Assembly: GCF_003704095.1 (NCBI RefSeq)
Contig: NW_020846421.1
Location: forward strand, 186,001 to 250,000
Reading direction: 5' to 3'
DNA length: 64,000 nucleotides
Origin: Pocillopora damicornis
Lineage: Eukaryota
Shown here: positions 12,772 through 26,300 of the stretch, piece after piece
Numbering within the stretch: position 1 is the stretch's first letter
Layout of the letters: the number at the start of each line of letters is the position of its first letter
The notes under the pieces: generated by a model
What the model was told of the DNA's origin: nothing
Seen by the model: the letters and a program-made list of their open reading frames with translations, nothing else
Database searches by the model: none
Translations under genes and position numbers: made by a program

Positions 12772-14091
12772 CAAAACATTTAGAAAAGAATACTACTATG
12801 ATGTAGTAAAGGTTAAGAAATATAAGTTGCTAAGGCGCTCGTGCTCAGAATACTCCTTGCCGAGAATTCATGGCCATGCGCTGAATTTGTACTAAGCTGG
12901 TAATATTTTTATTAGTGTATGGCGACCATACCACACTGGCATATTCTAGACGTGACCGCACCCAATTGATGTAAACAAAATTTTTTAGTTCTAATTTTAG
13001 TTATATCTTGCATGCATCCTTTGAGCTCAGGAGGAGGTAATATCAACGTGATGATAAATCGTGGCTGATCAAAATACCCAGATCCTTTTTAGTTTCTCCA
13101 TGAAAATAATCCCTCTCAGAAATACATTTCTTACGTACTACCCTTAGAACCTTACGTTTTTTGACACTGAACTCCATTCTCCAAATGCGTGACCACTCCA
13201 TTAGCTTATTCAAGTCTGCCTGTAATTTATTGCTATCATCTTGGCCGATAATTAGGCTAAAGTAACCTCAAAATAGCTAGGGAACCAGAACAAATTTTAT
13301 CTTTCTGTGTCGATGAGCTGCTGACAGCGTCTAAGGCACCATATTTTATGAACACATGCCTTGCTTATTGTCTTGCTCATCCTTGACTTTCGCGGCAAGC
13401 TCTCTTTTTTGACAAAATTACAATCGACAAGCTTCTATTTCGTTTCGTGCCGCCGTCACCTTGTCTACATTGTACCACGTGACAGGCACTTAACTAGATA
13501 AACACAGCGGTCAAACGTCGGCCATGCCCAAGGGAATAAATTCTGGCCAGAAGTTTTTAAAGGAAAATATGATAAAACAAACGCCGTTCCGCAAAATAAG
13601 CAAATCTGTAAAAGGAAACTTAAGGAGGTAAACGGAAACGCGAGTGTGTTGTTAATTGACCTTTCTGTTGGGAGTTTTGCCATAAAAGTTATAAGCTTTA
13701 AAAACACCGCAACTTGCTGACTTGTGTGGTTTTTCTAACTCGTGTGAAACTTGGTTCTAACAGTCTGAAAGCACTCCACCGAGCCAATTCAACATTCACA
13801 CATAGGTGGAGACGTTTGATTGGCGTTAAAATTTAAGAAATCTGGGCCAATGATGGTCTCCGTCGAGAACCAAGGAACTTTTCGTGTGGATTGTTTTGTT
13901 TTATTTACATTCACTTTGCTCATATATTTCGGCTAATTTTGATGCGCGTCAGAATAAAATGTCTGCAATAGCGTTTATTATTTATTTTATGTTTTGTTTG
14001 TTTTTATATTTTCCGGGTTATCCTAACCAAAAATTATCTTAGGACTTTTCCGGTTAAATTCCTTACCGAACTGAGAACAGATTTTTCAGAT

Positions 14092-14317
14092 CATAAGTCA
14101 GGTTTAAAGTCTCATTTTTCTTCTTGACGCAGAAGTTTCCTTCTTTAATACATTTCAAGTTATTAAAAGAAGGAAACTTCTGCGTAAAGACGCAGAAGTT
14201 TCCTTCCCTTCCCTCCCTTTCCCTTAACGCAGAAGTTTCCTTATTTAATACATTTCAAGGTATTAAAAGAAGGAAACTTCTGCGTAAAGAAGAAATGAGA
14301 TTTTAAACTGACCTATG
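14092..14317. repeat. Fold-back element: long imperfect palindrome holding two ~59-nt hairpins
   Basis: ACGCAGAAGTTTCCTT / AAGGAAACTTCTGCGT arms at 14127-14185 and 14227-14285, a third forward arm between them, outer arms CATAAGTCAGGTTTAAAGTCTCATTT / AAATGAGATTTTAAACTGACCTATG. Confidence 0.85.
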
Positions 14318-17300
14318 CTCTCTAATTAGAACCTCATATGGGCCACTCACTTCCCATATTATTTTCCTTCGTCTCGAGGTTATGATAGGATCTATGCAAG
14401 TCGGGACGTTATTTTTTATTTCCACCGCAAATGACAAGCTATAAGAAGTTATTCTCAACGAACACCTGTCCGCAAATGGCTCTATCAGGAAACTTAAATT
14501 TGAGTTCATTCCATTCTTTATATGTTAAAATGTATGTGCCTTCACCACTTGGGATAGTTTGAGTGTTATAAAATTATAGCTCATTAAAAGGAAAAGAAAT
14601 TCCATGACATTTTATCATCCTTAGTAGAACCATTTTGCATGTGATACAGAATGTTTTGGCGAACGATATTTTACCAATTTTTTGAATTTTAAATCGTATG
14701 GGAATCAAAACTTAAAAGTTTTCTCCTTTCCTATACGATTTGCAAAGGCTGGACATAAGATTACATTGAAATTTAAACTGATTACGGATGAACTCGTTGG
14801 ATTTTGAAATGTAGAATAAGGAGGAAGATTAGAGTTTCTGCTCACACGCAAAAATAAGATGGTGGTATCAAAGCTAACGAAGAAAGATAATTTTCATGCG
14901 GTGATTATGAATGCAGTAAACAAAAGGACTTCGAGCCCCTTTTAAAATCTTTATGTTACTTCCTTTCAAGAGATCACGTACTACGGGATGACTGCTGTGT
15001 AAATTCCATGTGGTAGTAGGGGAAAACTCGATAAGATCCCTACATGATAAGTTGTGACATTAAGGGAAGATATAGTAAAAATGTAAAGTGGTCCATGCAT
15101 GCACGCACCGATTTCAACGATTCAGAGTAGAGGAAGAGGTTGCACGTTAGAGTCATCGTTTAGAAGAGTAAATGATACTACGAGTTCGTCAAGTAGATGA
15201 GGGGCACGGAATAGAATGGAGTTAATATTAAATTCAATGTTTAGTCGACAAACGTTGACTTCAGGACTGCATACCGCTGGCTAGTATGTATCGAATCAAC
15301 TCAGTTAACATAGGAAAAGGTTAATCTTTATTCCGAAAAGAAAGAAGCACCCAGACTTGTCAATCTTATTCCAGTCTTATTAGAGACAAAATTTGGAAAG
15401 TTTTTCTAGATCTAAGAGCATAACTTTCATGTGCTAAATTCTCATGGATGTTTTTTTTAAAGCTTGTACTTTTGGTTTTTTGATATGAACAACTGACATC
15501 GCGCACGTAAATCACGCATATGATTACGATGACTCATGCAATGATAATACACATGAGAGAGAAATGGTACTTATCGGTATTCTCTTGGATGTTTGAGGGA
15601 TAATAAGTCAATGAACGTTTCAGCCCAAAAGCTTCAGAGGGTCTCGTGACTATGACGTCTGTTTATGACTCAGCCATTGTAAGACGTCATAAACACGCAG
15701 GTTCTAAAATGTTTTGATTAGCAAAACGCAAAAGATGTAAAGCATCACTAAACTAGAGATAAATAAATTGATGTGACTTTACCAACCTTTTTGAAATTTA
15801 ACTTAAATTTTTATCTTTTCTTTCCTTAAGTTCCATCTCGTATTTCATTTGAAAATGTCTCTGTACTCTCAGCAAAGTTGTGTCTCTCTATCTAGGTGTT
15901 TGATTATGCGGGAAGTTATTTAAAGAAACTGAATTGTCTTTTTTATTGGATGACGTGAAGGATGACTCCAATGTTTGGGAGTTTCTTTGTGTCATTATAT
16001 TAAAACATAGACGTTCTGATCTTAAAAACCAATTTCGCACGGTTCGATCTATTTTAAAGAGATATTGCAGTCGGAAAGAGACAAACAGTTTTTAATAATT
16101 TCTCAGCATTTAAGGAGCTATATGCGTTACAATATGGTGTCGTTTCTGCAAAGAAGAGGAAGAATTTTTGATTTTGTTACACTGACACGACTTGAAAAAG
16201 GGTTAGAATTTACTAGTGCATGATTGCCTCCTTAGATGGACATACCCGATTCGTCTCTCCCATGCAAATTGGGCTAACCTCTAGACAAGTCATAGAACAT
16301 CGCGTTCGAAGTTCCTCTGTCAAAGAATCAAATTTCATGTTAGCGGGACTTCAAATGTGGTGTTTAACAATTTAGCCGAGCGATGTCACCAGAGGTTATT
16401 ACAATTCTTTCTTAAGCAGGAGGTCAGGGTCAGCTCCTATGGAAGTAACGCAGGTTAACATCTAAGAGCATAGGAGTCAACATAGGTCTAGCTGTGAAAA
16501 AAACTGATTATTTCATCACAATTTAACTGATTGTAAGCAAATTATATGTCGAAAACAGAAGGGTAAGGCCTCTTCATTAGTTTGGATGCCTTACTAAGCC
16601 TTATACGAAACATTAAGTCTTTTTTTTGCAACGAAGAAGGTAAGATTCCTAATTTCGTTATATACCAATAAGAACTTTGAAAAAGCGTAAAATAAATTCA
16701 TTACATAATTATTTTGCATACTTATGTTTCGTCAACGACACCAATTGCAAGCGACTCAGGCTGACCGACAGACGAATCACATTCAAGTCCCACTGGCAAA
16801 CGGGAAACGTCACATTTTTATGCTATGGGATTTCGAAAACGATGCTTTACTCTCTTCATTAGAGATGACGTCTTTGACAACGCATGCTAAATGAAAAACT
16901 ACTGAAATACTCTGGTTGATAAACAGTTTGGAAAACATTCAGCTGTAAACCCTCCCTAAATGAAGAGGGTAAATTACATTATATGCAGATTTACGTATAC
17001 ATTGACAGCTAACCCTGAGCTGTTCTACTTCAAACAGAACTCTTGAAAACCACTTTTGGCTGATGGCGACTTTCTGTCGAAAATATGCATATTCAACTTT
17101 TCATCATTATTCTTCCAAGAGTTTTTCTCGCACTTGATGTTAATAGGATAACTTGAGACACCAATTTGTATCGTATTTCCGACTTTTCAAGCAAAACCCT
17201 GAAAACGTATGAAAACTAACCGCTATTGAGTGCAAATAAGTGATGTTGATGATGAAAAATTGTGAGTAAGTATTATGACGCATCAAAACAAAAAGTCTGT

Positions 17301-20300
17301 CGATTACAACGGATGTGCGTCAGAAAATTATGACGTTTTTTCATTTCGCGATCACTGGTCTATTTGATAACGTCATTGAAAACGTTCAGCGGAAATATAA
17401 ATTGATTCAATATATAATTTCTCAGTCTGTTGACCCCAAAATGAGTGTATTAACACGAGGTTTAATATCACACGTAAGGTATGGTAAATGAGTATTTGTC
17501 GTTGTGGTTCACCAAAGTTTTTCAAGGCCGTGGTGAGCAAATTTCGATGTTTATAAACCTTCACTTGCAAAGAATGACGAAGAAATGTATTTTATTTGAA
17601 GACACACGCACTGACCATGCGTGACGTCAAGGTATCAATTCTAATTACTAATTATCATAGCCTAATGTTAATTTCACTTTTCTTTATTATTGTGGGACAG
17701 TGATGTACACGTGCTTAAGGTCTGTTGAATAAGCTAAAAACCTGTAGATTCTTATTGGACTGATATAATGTTCGTTCCTCAATCTTTTCTTTGTTTTCTT
17801 GGAGAGGCACAATTAAAGCGACCTTGATCTTGGCAGTTCTGTTCAAAACAATCTTCCGACCATCAAAATCTTTTCATTAATGAAGGGTGATACAGCCTAT
17901 GAATTCTTCTACTTTGCTTCTTCACGGTTGTCGAAATTTATTTATTGTTATCATACTTAGGTTTATGTCGTGATCTTTCATTATCTCCTTCTATTGCTCC
18001 GTGACTGTTTGTGTCCTTTGGCATATTGTGGTTTTTTTGTCATACAAATAAGGCTTGTGTATTTTGTTTTGCTAGTATTTTTTTTGTCATAATCATGCAA
18101 ACTCAAAATTGGCGGAGGAGCAAAAAAAAAAGATAATCATGATAATAATAAAAAACAAAAAAATCACTCTCAAGTTAACAAAATGCAGAGTGATTTTCAA
18201 TTGTTTCAAATTAACTTCCTCACTCGCTAGATCTGAATATCGACTCCCCTTACTGTTTACCATACCTTTCGTAAAGTTTTGATTCTAACACCTTGGTATT
18301 ACTTGAAAAAATATCTTCCATCTATTTCATCAACTTTCTGCTTGACAACGTTTGGCTATCACAGAGACAAATTTCACGTCGGTCACTCGGTCGTCAAGCC
18401 GTTGAGTTTGAAAGCATGGTTACTTTGTGACCCTGAAGTTGCCTATGCGTCGAAGGCATATAAGGAAACCTTATGGTAAAACTTTGCTTGAGCAGATTAA
18501 CACTGGAGAAAAGACCCACAGGTACTGCAAATAACCATCTTGAAAAATTTAGGCTTAAGTTTTCATAATGCAGAATTCGTTTAAAGTTGCTTCATTAAGC
18601 ATCCCTAAGGGTATCGCTGTCGGTAAATAGTTTTCCATATTCATATCCTTCTTTTGGCTTCTCCATACCTATTCAATTCTGCGATAATTTGAAACTGTTT
18701 TATTTTTTTATAAAAATTGTGGCTCCATGATTATTTGCTCTCTGCTTCAATTTGCTTTCCGAGATCTAATTTGGCGTCCTTTTTGTGTCTCACATTTCTT
18801 GTCTTTTGCTTATTGTGCGTGCGGGGGAGGCAGGATTATATAATTAATGTTTGTCTGTTAGTAAATGTTTTCGTCTGTTCGCCTACGCATCTACAATTAG
18901 TCTTAAACACGAAGGAACTACTTTGGGAGTGCTTTTTGTGCGGTTTTTCAAGTCGGTGAACCACACAGGATGCGATAGGAACGCCCTAGAGAGTCTGGAA
19001 TTGGTCTGAGCAACAAGAGTTCAGTATTGAAACCACGATTTGTTAGCATTCACGGTATGTTGTTTTTATTTAAAACATAGTAGTAAAGGATATGTAAAGC
19101 TCAGTGAGCATCAACGATCTTTAAAGCTGTTAATAGAGTAAAATTTCCGCTTAAGTTCCCGTTAAGTAGTGATAATTTAAGTGGATGTCGAAGGGTTTCA
19201 TGGAGGATACCGAAAAACTGTTTTTTTCCAAGGTTTTTGATGGCTAAACAGAAAATAGTATGAGTCATTTTAAGTACCAACACTAAATATGGTTTTAGTG
19301 GTTTAAGAGAGTTATACCTAAGTAGCTTTCAACCAATCCCTGCCCGTGTTCAGTTTTTTTAACCTCGCCTGTGATTGGTCCAAACATGGCGACACACGAG
19401 TGTTTTCAAGCGAAGAATTGAGAATTTGACGAACCTTTCCTTCGTCGGGTCATTCAAATTGTTTTGTTCAGTTATGAGAGCGACAGTTTATAGGATTTGA
19501 CGCTGACAACGCTCTTTCAGGGACGTTTCACTTTCTGGGTGAGTACGTGTCTACCAATTTTTGTGAAAATTGTTTTTGTCTAAAACTGTCGATTCGTGAT
19601 TTTTGTAAAACATTTTCAGCGTCCTTTTTTAGAACACTTTGGTTGTGAAAAGGCCAAGTTACGATAAATCATGTAAAAACAGTCTAGACAAAAAGGCTAA
19701 ACGCCTATTTTTTTAGAATTGCAGTGCAAATTAATTCTTGATGACAAAAAATTAATCTCTTATTCATACCCATTTTTAATGCTAGAAAATACGCGCGAAA
19801 AAAACACAAAAAAATTTCCTAAGACGTCAGAATGGAAATATTGATTGTCTGAAGGTAGTTCGTAATTATCACTACAAATTTCAGTACAAGGATAAAAGAA
19901 GGTGGTTAGTCTACTAAAATAGTCTTAGTGGTTTTGGCGCCTCAAATATTCCGCCCGTAAGCGCGAAGCGTTCGTTTTCCGACGACCCGCCTGACTGAGT
20001 TGGCGGTTTTAAGTTCCTTTTACCCATTCCACTTACAGGTTCGCCGCTCATCTTTTGCGGCTCTGCTGCTCAAATCTCCTACCAAACAGCTTGGTATGCA
20101 AACAAATTGTCAAATTGAATCAGTAAAACTGTATCAAAATCAAGTTAAATGTAGCGCCTGGCGCAGAGAAAATATCAGCGAGGGTGATATTTTTCTTGCG
20201 CGTTGGTGTTTTCGACGCAGCTTCAAGGATGAGTGGGCACACCTAATGTAATAACGCAGATACTTCCTTTCTTACGTATCTGTTTTGATTACATTCATTC

Positions 20301-23300
20301 TGCATTAGTTTTGTTTGGTTGTTTTTGGTAGTATTTTCCAATTGTAACTGATTTGAAACCTGTGAAGTAACACTTCCGCTTTAAATAATTCAATCATTTT
20401 CAAATATCCTCTAAACCTTCCAGTCACTTCTCCCCTCGCAAAAATTTTGCACTTAGTTGAAAATTTCATCTAAATAAAAAAACCTTAAAGTTCCTCGATT
20501 CATGTAATGCGGAATAAATGGCGATTTCAGAGGTAATTGTGCATTTTGAAATATGTATCATTTTTATTTCCTTAATTACTCCAAATCTTTTCCTTAATTT
20601 ACGTTGTTTTTCTATTAATTGGATAACTGAACAGTGCGGCAGTTAGAGGTGGAAGGCTCTCAACTGAATAAATAAATATTTTTTTAGAAAAGCGTCAGAG
20701 AAGTAAGTTTCTTATCAGTGCCTATGGCTGATGTAGTCATAACATCTCCAATGTTTTGCTATTGTGAGGAGAATTAAGGGTTACTTTAATCTTTAGCGGA
20801 TTTCGCGCGATATAGGTAAGTCTGCGGACTCGGAATGATTAATATCAATAGAGCAGACATGTAATATTTAATGTTCCAGTATCCTGTCACAGGAATTATA
20901 TTATTGAAATAATGCCTCGTTAATGAGTCACAGTTAAAAGCACGATTTATAATTAATGAAGTGATTCAGCAATTGTTCCCATGTTAAGAAAGCCGACGGT
21001 CCTTTTACGTGCTAGAAGTCCGCGGCGTGAAAGGAACAAATAATGAGGCGGTCTACAGTTTAAAACTTCGGCACTTTTCTCGGATGAGCTCAGTCTGGGA
21101 ATAAAGGTATGGGAAAGAAGTGAGTTTTCACTCACAACCACACACACACGTGGGCTACAACTGTTTATATTAATTCAGCCTGATCGTATTTCTGTGGTGT
21201 TGTACAGTTCAGATCAAAGTGATTTGTTCATGCCAAGTTATCAAACCAATATGTCTCGAAAAGGTGTATGTCTTTTGCGGGTTACTTTCTATCTTGTATC
21301 GCCTGAAGCGTTCCTGGCGATTTCAGAGGCACCTGTTTCATAAAAAGTGCTTCTCAAATTTTTTCGAAGGCTCTAGAGCTATTCATTAGGTAATTTGACG
21401 AAAACAATGCTCCTAATTATATGTTAAGTAAGGTTTATGAGTATCCACAAAGAACAATTTCTCGTGAAGGCAAACAACACATTATCAAGTCGGAAAAGGG
21501 GACTCTTTTATACTGAGATAAGCAGCTTTGACCCCTTAATCTCGATCGATTATTTTCGCCGAAGAAACCTTTACGAGAAATGAGCAAAAGTAAAAGAGTA
21601 TTACAGTGACATACAGCCTTATTTGGGTAGTAGAAGCTGATTTAATTTATCTGAATTTATCGGATGTCTGTCAAAACTTAGGATAAAAGGTGAGGTACTT
21701 AGGGTCCAAATTTTTCCCTTTTTAATAGCTGCCGCGGCTCGTATGTTTAAAAGGTACCGCCGGTGTGTATGTTTAACCTCAAATGTTTTGACATCTTAAG
21801 CATGAGCAAAGGACAGCGCATTAGGGTTATGATCACAACTGTCGTAGTACTCACGACCTGGTTCTGTGACTGGACTGATAAAAACGAACACTTCTCCGGC
21901 CGTTTCAAAAACTAAGAAAACCGTACCTCAAAGTAAGGAAGTCGTTTTAAGGTGAGCAAATCAAACGCTTAATGTTCCGCTAAACAGCGCCGTTAAAGGC
22001 TAGCCGTGATCTATCGAGGGAATTTGTGCACGCGCAAACAGAATTTCGTGGTTTGTCGCATCTAGCCACCGAAAAATTTGAGAGTATCTCTGGTTAGGTT
22101 GTTTTTCTTTGGAGCCTTTATCCGAAGCCGGTGAAAGCTGCAAGTATGATTGTTTAATATAACTTAGAACACCCTTAATTGTTTGAGCTTAGTTATGTGA
22201 GCTATCTCCAAATGGCCCAGTTCCGAGTTAGATTTGGTGCGTAACTAAAAGGTACGTGTCGCCTGTGCAACCACAGAACTAATCGTCAAGCTCTAAACTT
22301 TTGAGAAAGGAAGACTATTTTACTGGATCAATCACGCAATAAAACCGTGGCTTTGAGTTCAGAGAACATAATTTCCGGATAAAGATTAAACTGACTGGCT
22401 ATCACAAAGAAGATCTTGACTCATAAAAGGCTGGTATTTTTGCAAATTGCACTTACCAAATAAAATTATCCTGAAGTTTCTTGTTGCCTACCTATATTCA
22501 ACTGAGTAAAACCACCCTCTTAAATCATCCACAGGGTTGGGTAACATTTTGACGAAAATTGTTTCCTTCCAAGATGACTTTTTTAAAGGGTTATGTCGAA
22601 ACAAGAAAATTTCTTGTGCTATTTGCTTGTTAATAGCCTTAGAAAATTTGCGTAAAGCAAAGATAAACCTTTAAGTGGCCGGACATGTATCATGTGAACA
22701 AAATTCGTTCTTATCAAAGGAAAAGATAACTTAGTGTTCTTTTCTTCCTTAACTGTGTTATATAACTGTGTTATATTTACGGATGTCGACCTGAAAAAAA
22801 TTTTCTGGAACGCTTTCTCTAAAGGACTTTAGGCTCGGAATTTGGAAAGGTTTCTTTTTCAGTCGAGAAATTGGTTGGATTTTGGTCTTTAAACGCCAGT
22901 TTTAAATCCAAATATTTGTCCTAACAGAAAGTGTAATGTGAATGTCTAGAATTCCTAATCAACTCTAAATGACACCTACTCGTCGGCTGAGAATCCCCTA
23001 TTGTCAAAATTTATTTAAACGCACCTTGGGTTGAAGTTCAGAGGAAGCAAGTTGAATACCGGCTTTTTTCGGTTGTGATATCTGGGTTTACAGAATTTTT
23101 TAAGTGAATGTATACGTCCGTCTCTCATGAGTTCAAAGGAGATACGCCAAACTCCCTGCCAGAACATCTCCGTATTGAATGTGGCGTATCTGGCGCGAAA
23201 GCGGGTTTTACGGCTCTTTTTCCTAAAAGCTGAGGAAATGTTTTAACTTCGTAAATAGGATTAAATTTACTGCAATTAACTTCTACTGGAAACCTGACTA

Positions 23301-26300
23301 CTCTCACGCAAGCTTCAAAAATAACAGCTTTAGGATTCGTTATTTTTAAAAGCGTTTAAAAGTGTTAATTGTAGCCACGCGTCTAAAGCGGAAAGAGCTT
23401 TCAATAATTTTTTTCTAACCCAATTTTGTTTTGTGAAGAGTTTCTGACCGAAACCTCGTGCGCCAGTGGCTCCGATTGGAAAGAGACCAAGAGTGGGCAT
23501 AGGGCACGTCCACGTTCAGTTTTGTTGTTGCTTTTGGATTTTTTTACCTAACCTTAGTAAAACAATCTCATCATTTTTGTGTTGTGAGATGACATTGGGT
23601 TTACCGCCAAAGCCTGAATTTTTTTTTGACTCTGCGAGACGAGGCAGAATTTTGCAAGCGCTCAGCTGAACCCTGCACTTGTGATAAAACAGTTCTGATT
23701 GAATTAGTCAAGTTATCGCGCTCTTAACTCATTGACCATCGTGAGAAGTTAACCTGAGCATTAAGCAGCAGATAGCACTCGGTTGTGACTTGAACCAAAT
23801 TGACTGATCTTCGGGCTGACAAAGGACTTAATGAGGTGCTATAATTTTGTTATGCAGTAATACACATAGACACAAATATTTTTTCAGCTCAAGGAGTCGC
23901 TCGCTTGAAATTTTCGACAGCCGTTTGGAATAATAACCGCTAAGATGAATCTCCCCTTATCTGTAAGCAAATCACCACATCATACAGTTTCGCGAACTGA
24001 CTCCGTAGTTTTGGTGTTTTCTGACTTTTCGTGTTCAAAGATAGCACCGTGTATGTGACTAGTATGTTATTGTTCGCTCTATAGTATTGTTGTAGTAGAC
24101 GCCTAAAGCTTTTGGCCGTGGTATGGTTCCTTACTGATATGTTTATTACAGACTGAATTGTTCGTAAAATCGGAAATTCTTCACCATATGCAGGGTTAGA
24201 TAAACCAATGCGCGCTATCATACGATTGTTATCGCACTGACCTCACCACGGCTAGGCATTTGAACATTGATATCAGACCCAAGCTTTCTTAAATTCAATT
24301 TATAGACCGACATATTTTATCTTCGAGTTCGTTTCACCTATGTCGTTATGAAGACTGATGTAGATTATCAGTTCCGCTTCACCGACAAAGTTATCGTAGA
24401 GAAGACCCGATGCATTCTAAAGTTGGTCCAGTGGAATAGTACTGTCGTGATGGCCAATGGTTGTCCAATGGGCACTGCGTTTTGCCTTTGCCAAATTCTG
24501 AAGGAATGTGCTTTTGCAATTTGAACCGAGCTGTGTAGGTGAAAATAGCTGCATTGTAATCGGAAATGTCCACTTAAACTTGATTTACGGTTGACACTAG
24601 AATCTCGATTAAATTTTTTAGAAGCAAAACGTCGAGACTCTGCAAGAAACAATCTTTGGCGCGTTGCACGCAACAGTTTCTATCGAGTTTCATTTAAAGT
24701 TCATGTTGGAAGTTCGTATTGGCCTGTTTAGGCTTGCATACGATTTTAGTTAAGATTTTACAAGTTACTACAGCCAGTTGATGTGTAATCATATCTTTGT
24801 TTGATTTGAACGGCTGTTGGCTTCTTACAAACCTGAAGACCAAAAGGAAACTGTTTTACATTTCTAAACTCGCCCTTTGGAGCTCACTCTCTTCGTACTT
24901 TCCAAAAAGTGTTTTGATAACCGAATCGATGAAACACCGTGAGGGAAAAATTGTCGCTTTATAACTATAACTTACTACGTTTGAAGCTCTTCTTTAACCA
25001 CAATAATTTGTGATGTCTACCTTCGTCTGATGTAAGGCCTGTTATCGTACTCAATGTTAGATAGCCTTCGCGTGCATTTTGTCCTATTCTCGTCATGGTA
25101 TACCTTTAAAAAATGCCCTTTCTCTGAAAAAAAAAAAAAACGCGACATAGTTTTCTCAACTTCTAACTTCATGGAGAACTTAAATTCACTGACTGGCTTA
25201 GAGTAACTCCCTGATCGTGTGAGAGAATGGGTTCTTATTTTACAGTCATTTCCAGACGAGACTCTTCGATAAAGAAATATTTATCTTTTCGATGAATAAA
25301 CAGGCAAAGCGTTATTTCAAAACTATCTATCGGTCTCAGCCAAATTCCACTTAGTAAACACATTCCGACCGTTTCTTTCAGATTTGGATTCGAGGAAATG
25401 TCATCAGTTGGATGAAAAATTTTAAAGACTTTTTATCGAGATATTCTTTTATGCTCCTGGCACAACACGACTAATCGTCAAGCGGTACCTCTACTCAGAG
25501 AGATCACTTAACTTTGTGCACTTCTCTATAAGAGCAGTATTTTCAATACTGCCGCCCTTTCAAAAGAGCTGTTTGTATTAATTATAAATCGTCTGTCGTT
25601 AATGTGTTTTCACATAACCAATACTCAGTCGCTAGCGTGCTAGGTGTCACGTCTGGCCTTTTTTTTCTTCTTCTGTGGCTGTGAATGAAGGCTTCCTGTG
25701 AGAAAGTGCTATCTCAATACAATAACAAAATAACAAAATATAAAGCTGGTCGAAAAATCAAGCTGGGTTAAGCACAAATGTACTACAGTCACCCTTGTCA
25801 CCTGACATTTATCGCCAGGTTCCCCTCAGCAAGCCAAACGTACTACGTTTCCTCTGATTGGTATTTGAAATCTTTGAGGAATGGGCAGGAAATAGTCACG
25901 CGCTGTCAACTGAGAACCGTTTATGTCGAGAAACTTTTGTTTCTGGAGAATGAAGATATTAAATGCGTAGCTCAAACTTTGCTTTTGCGCAGCAGAAAGT
26001 GTCGGATCCGAGCTGTTCAACATTTCTTTCAAGAGCTGAGTTTTTATCCCTATTATGAATAAAAGAATTATAATATAACAACAAATGAAAACAATGTAAT
26101 TGGTTATTCGAGTTTTTAACTAAATCTTAAAAGTATTTTTTTTTCTGACTGATTATTTTTAGTCTTGTAGCTTTTTTTTTTATAGCCATTTAGCGGTTTT
26201 GAGATCAACTTTCATTGACGTATAATTACTTAAGTATTTTGTTCGAGAGAATTTGCGGAAAAAGGTTAATTGTGATAAATTGCTCATCAAATCCTCCCTT

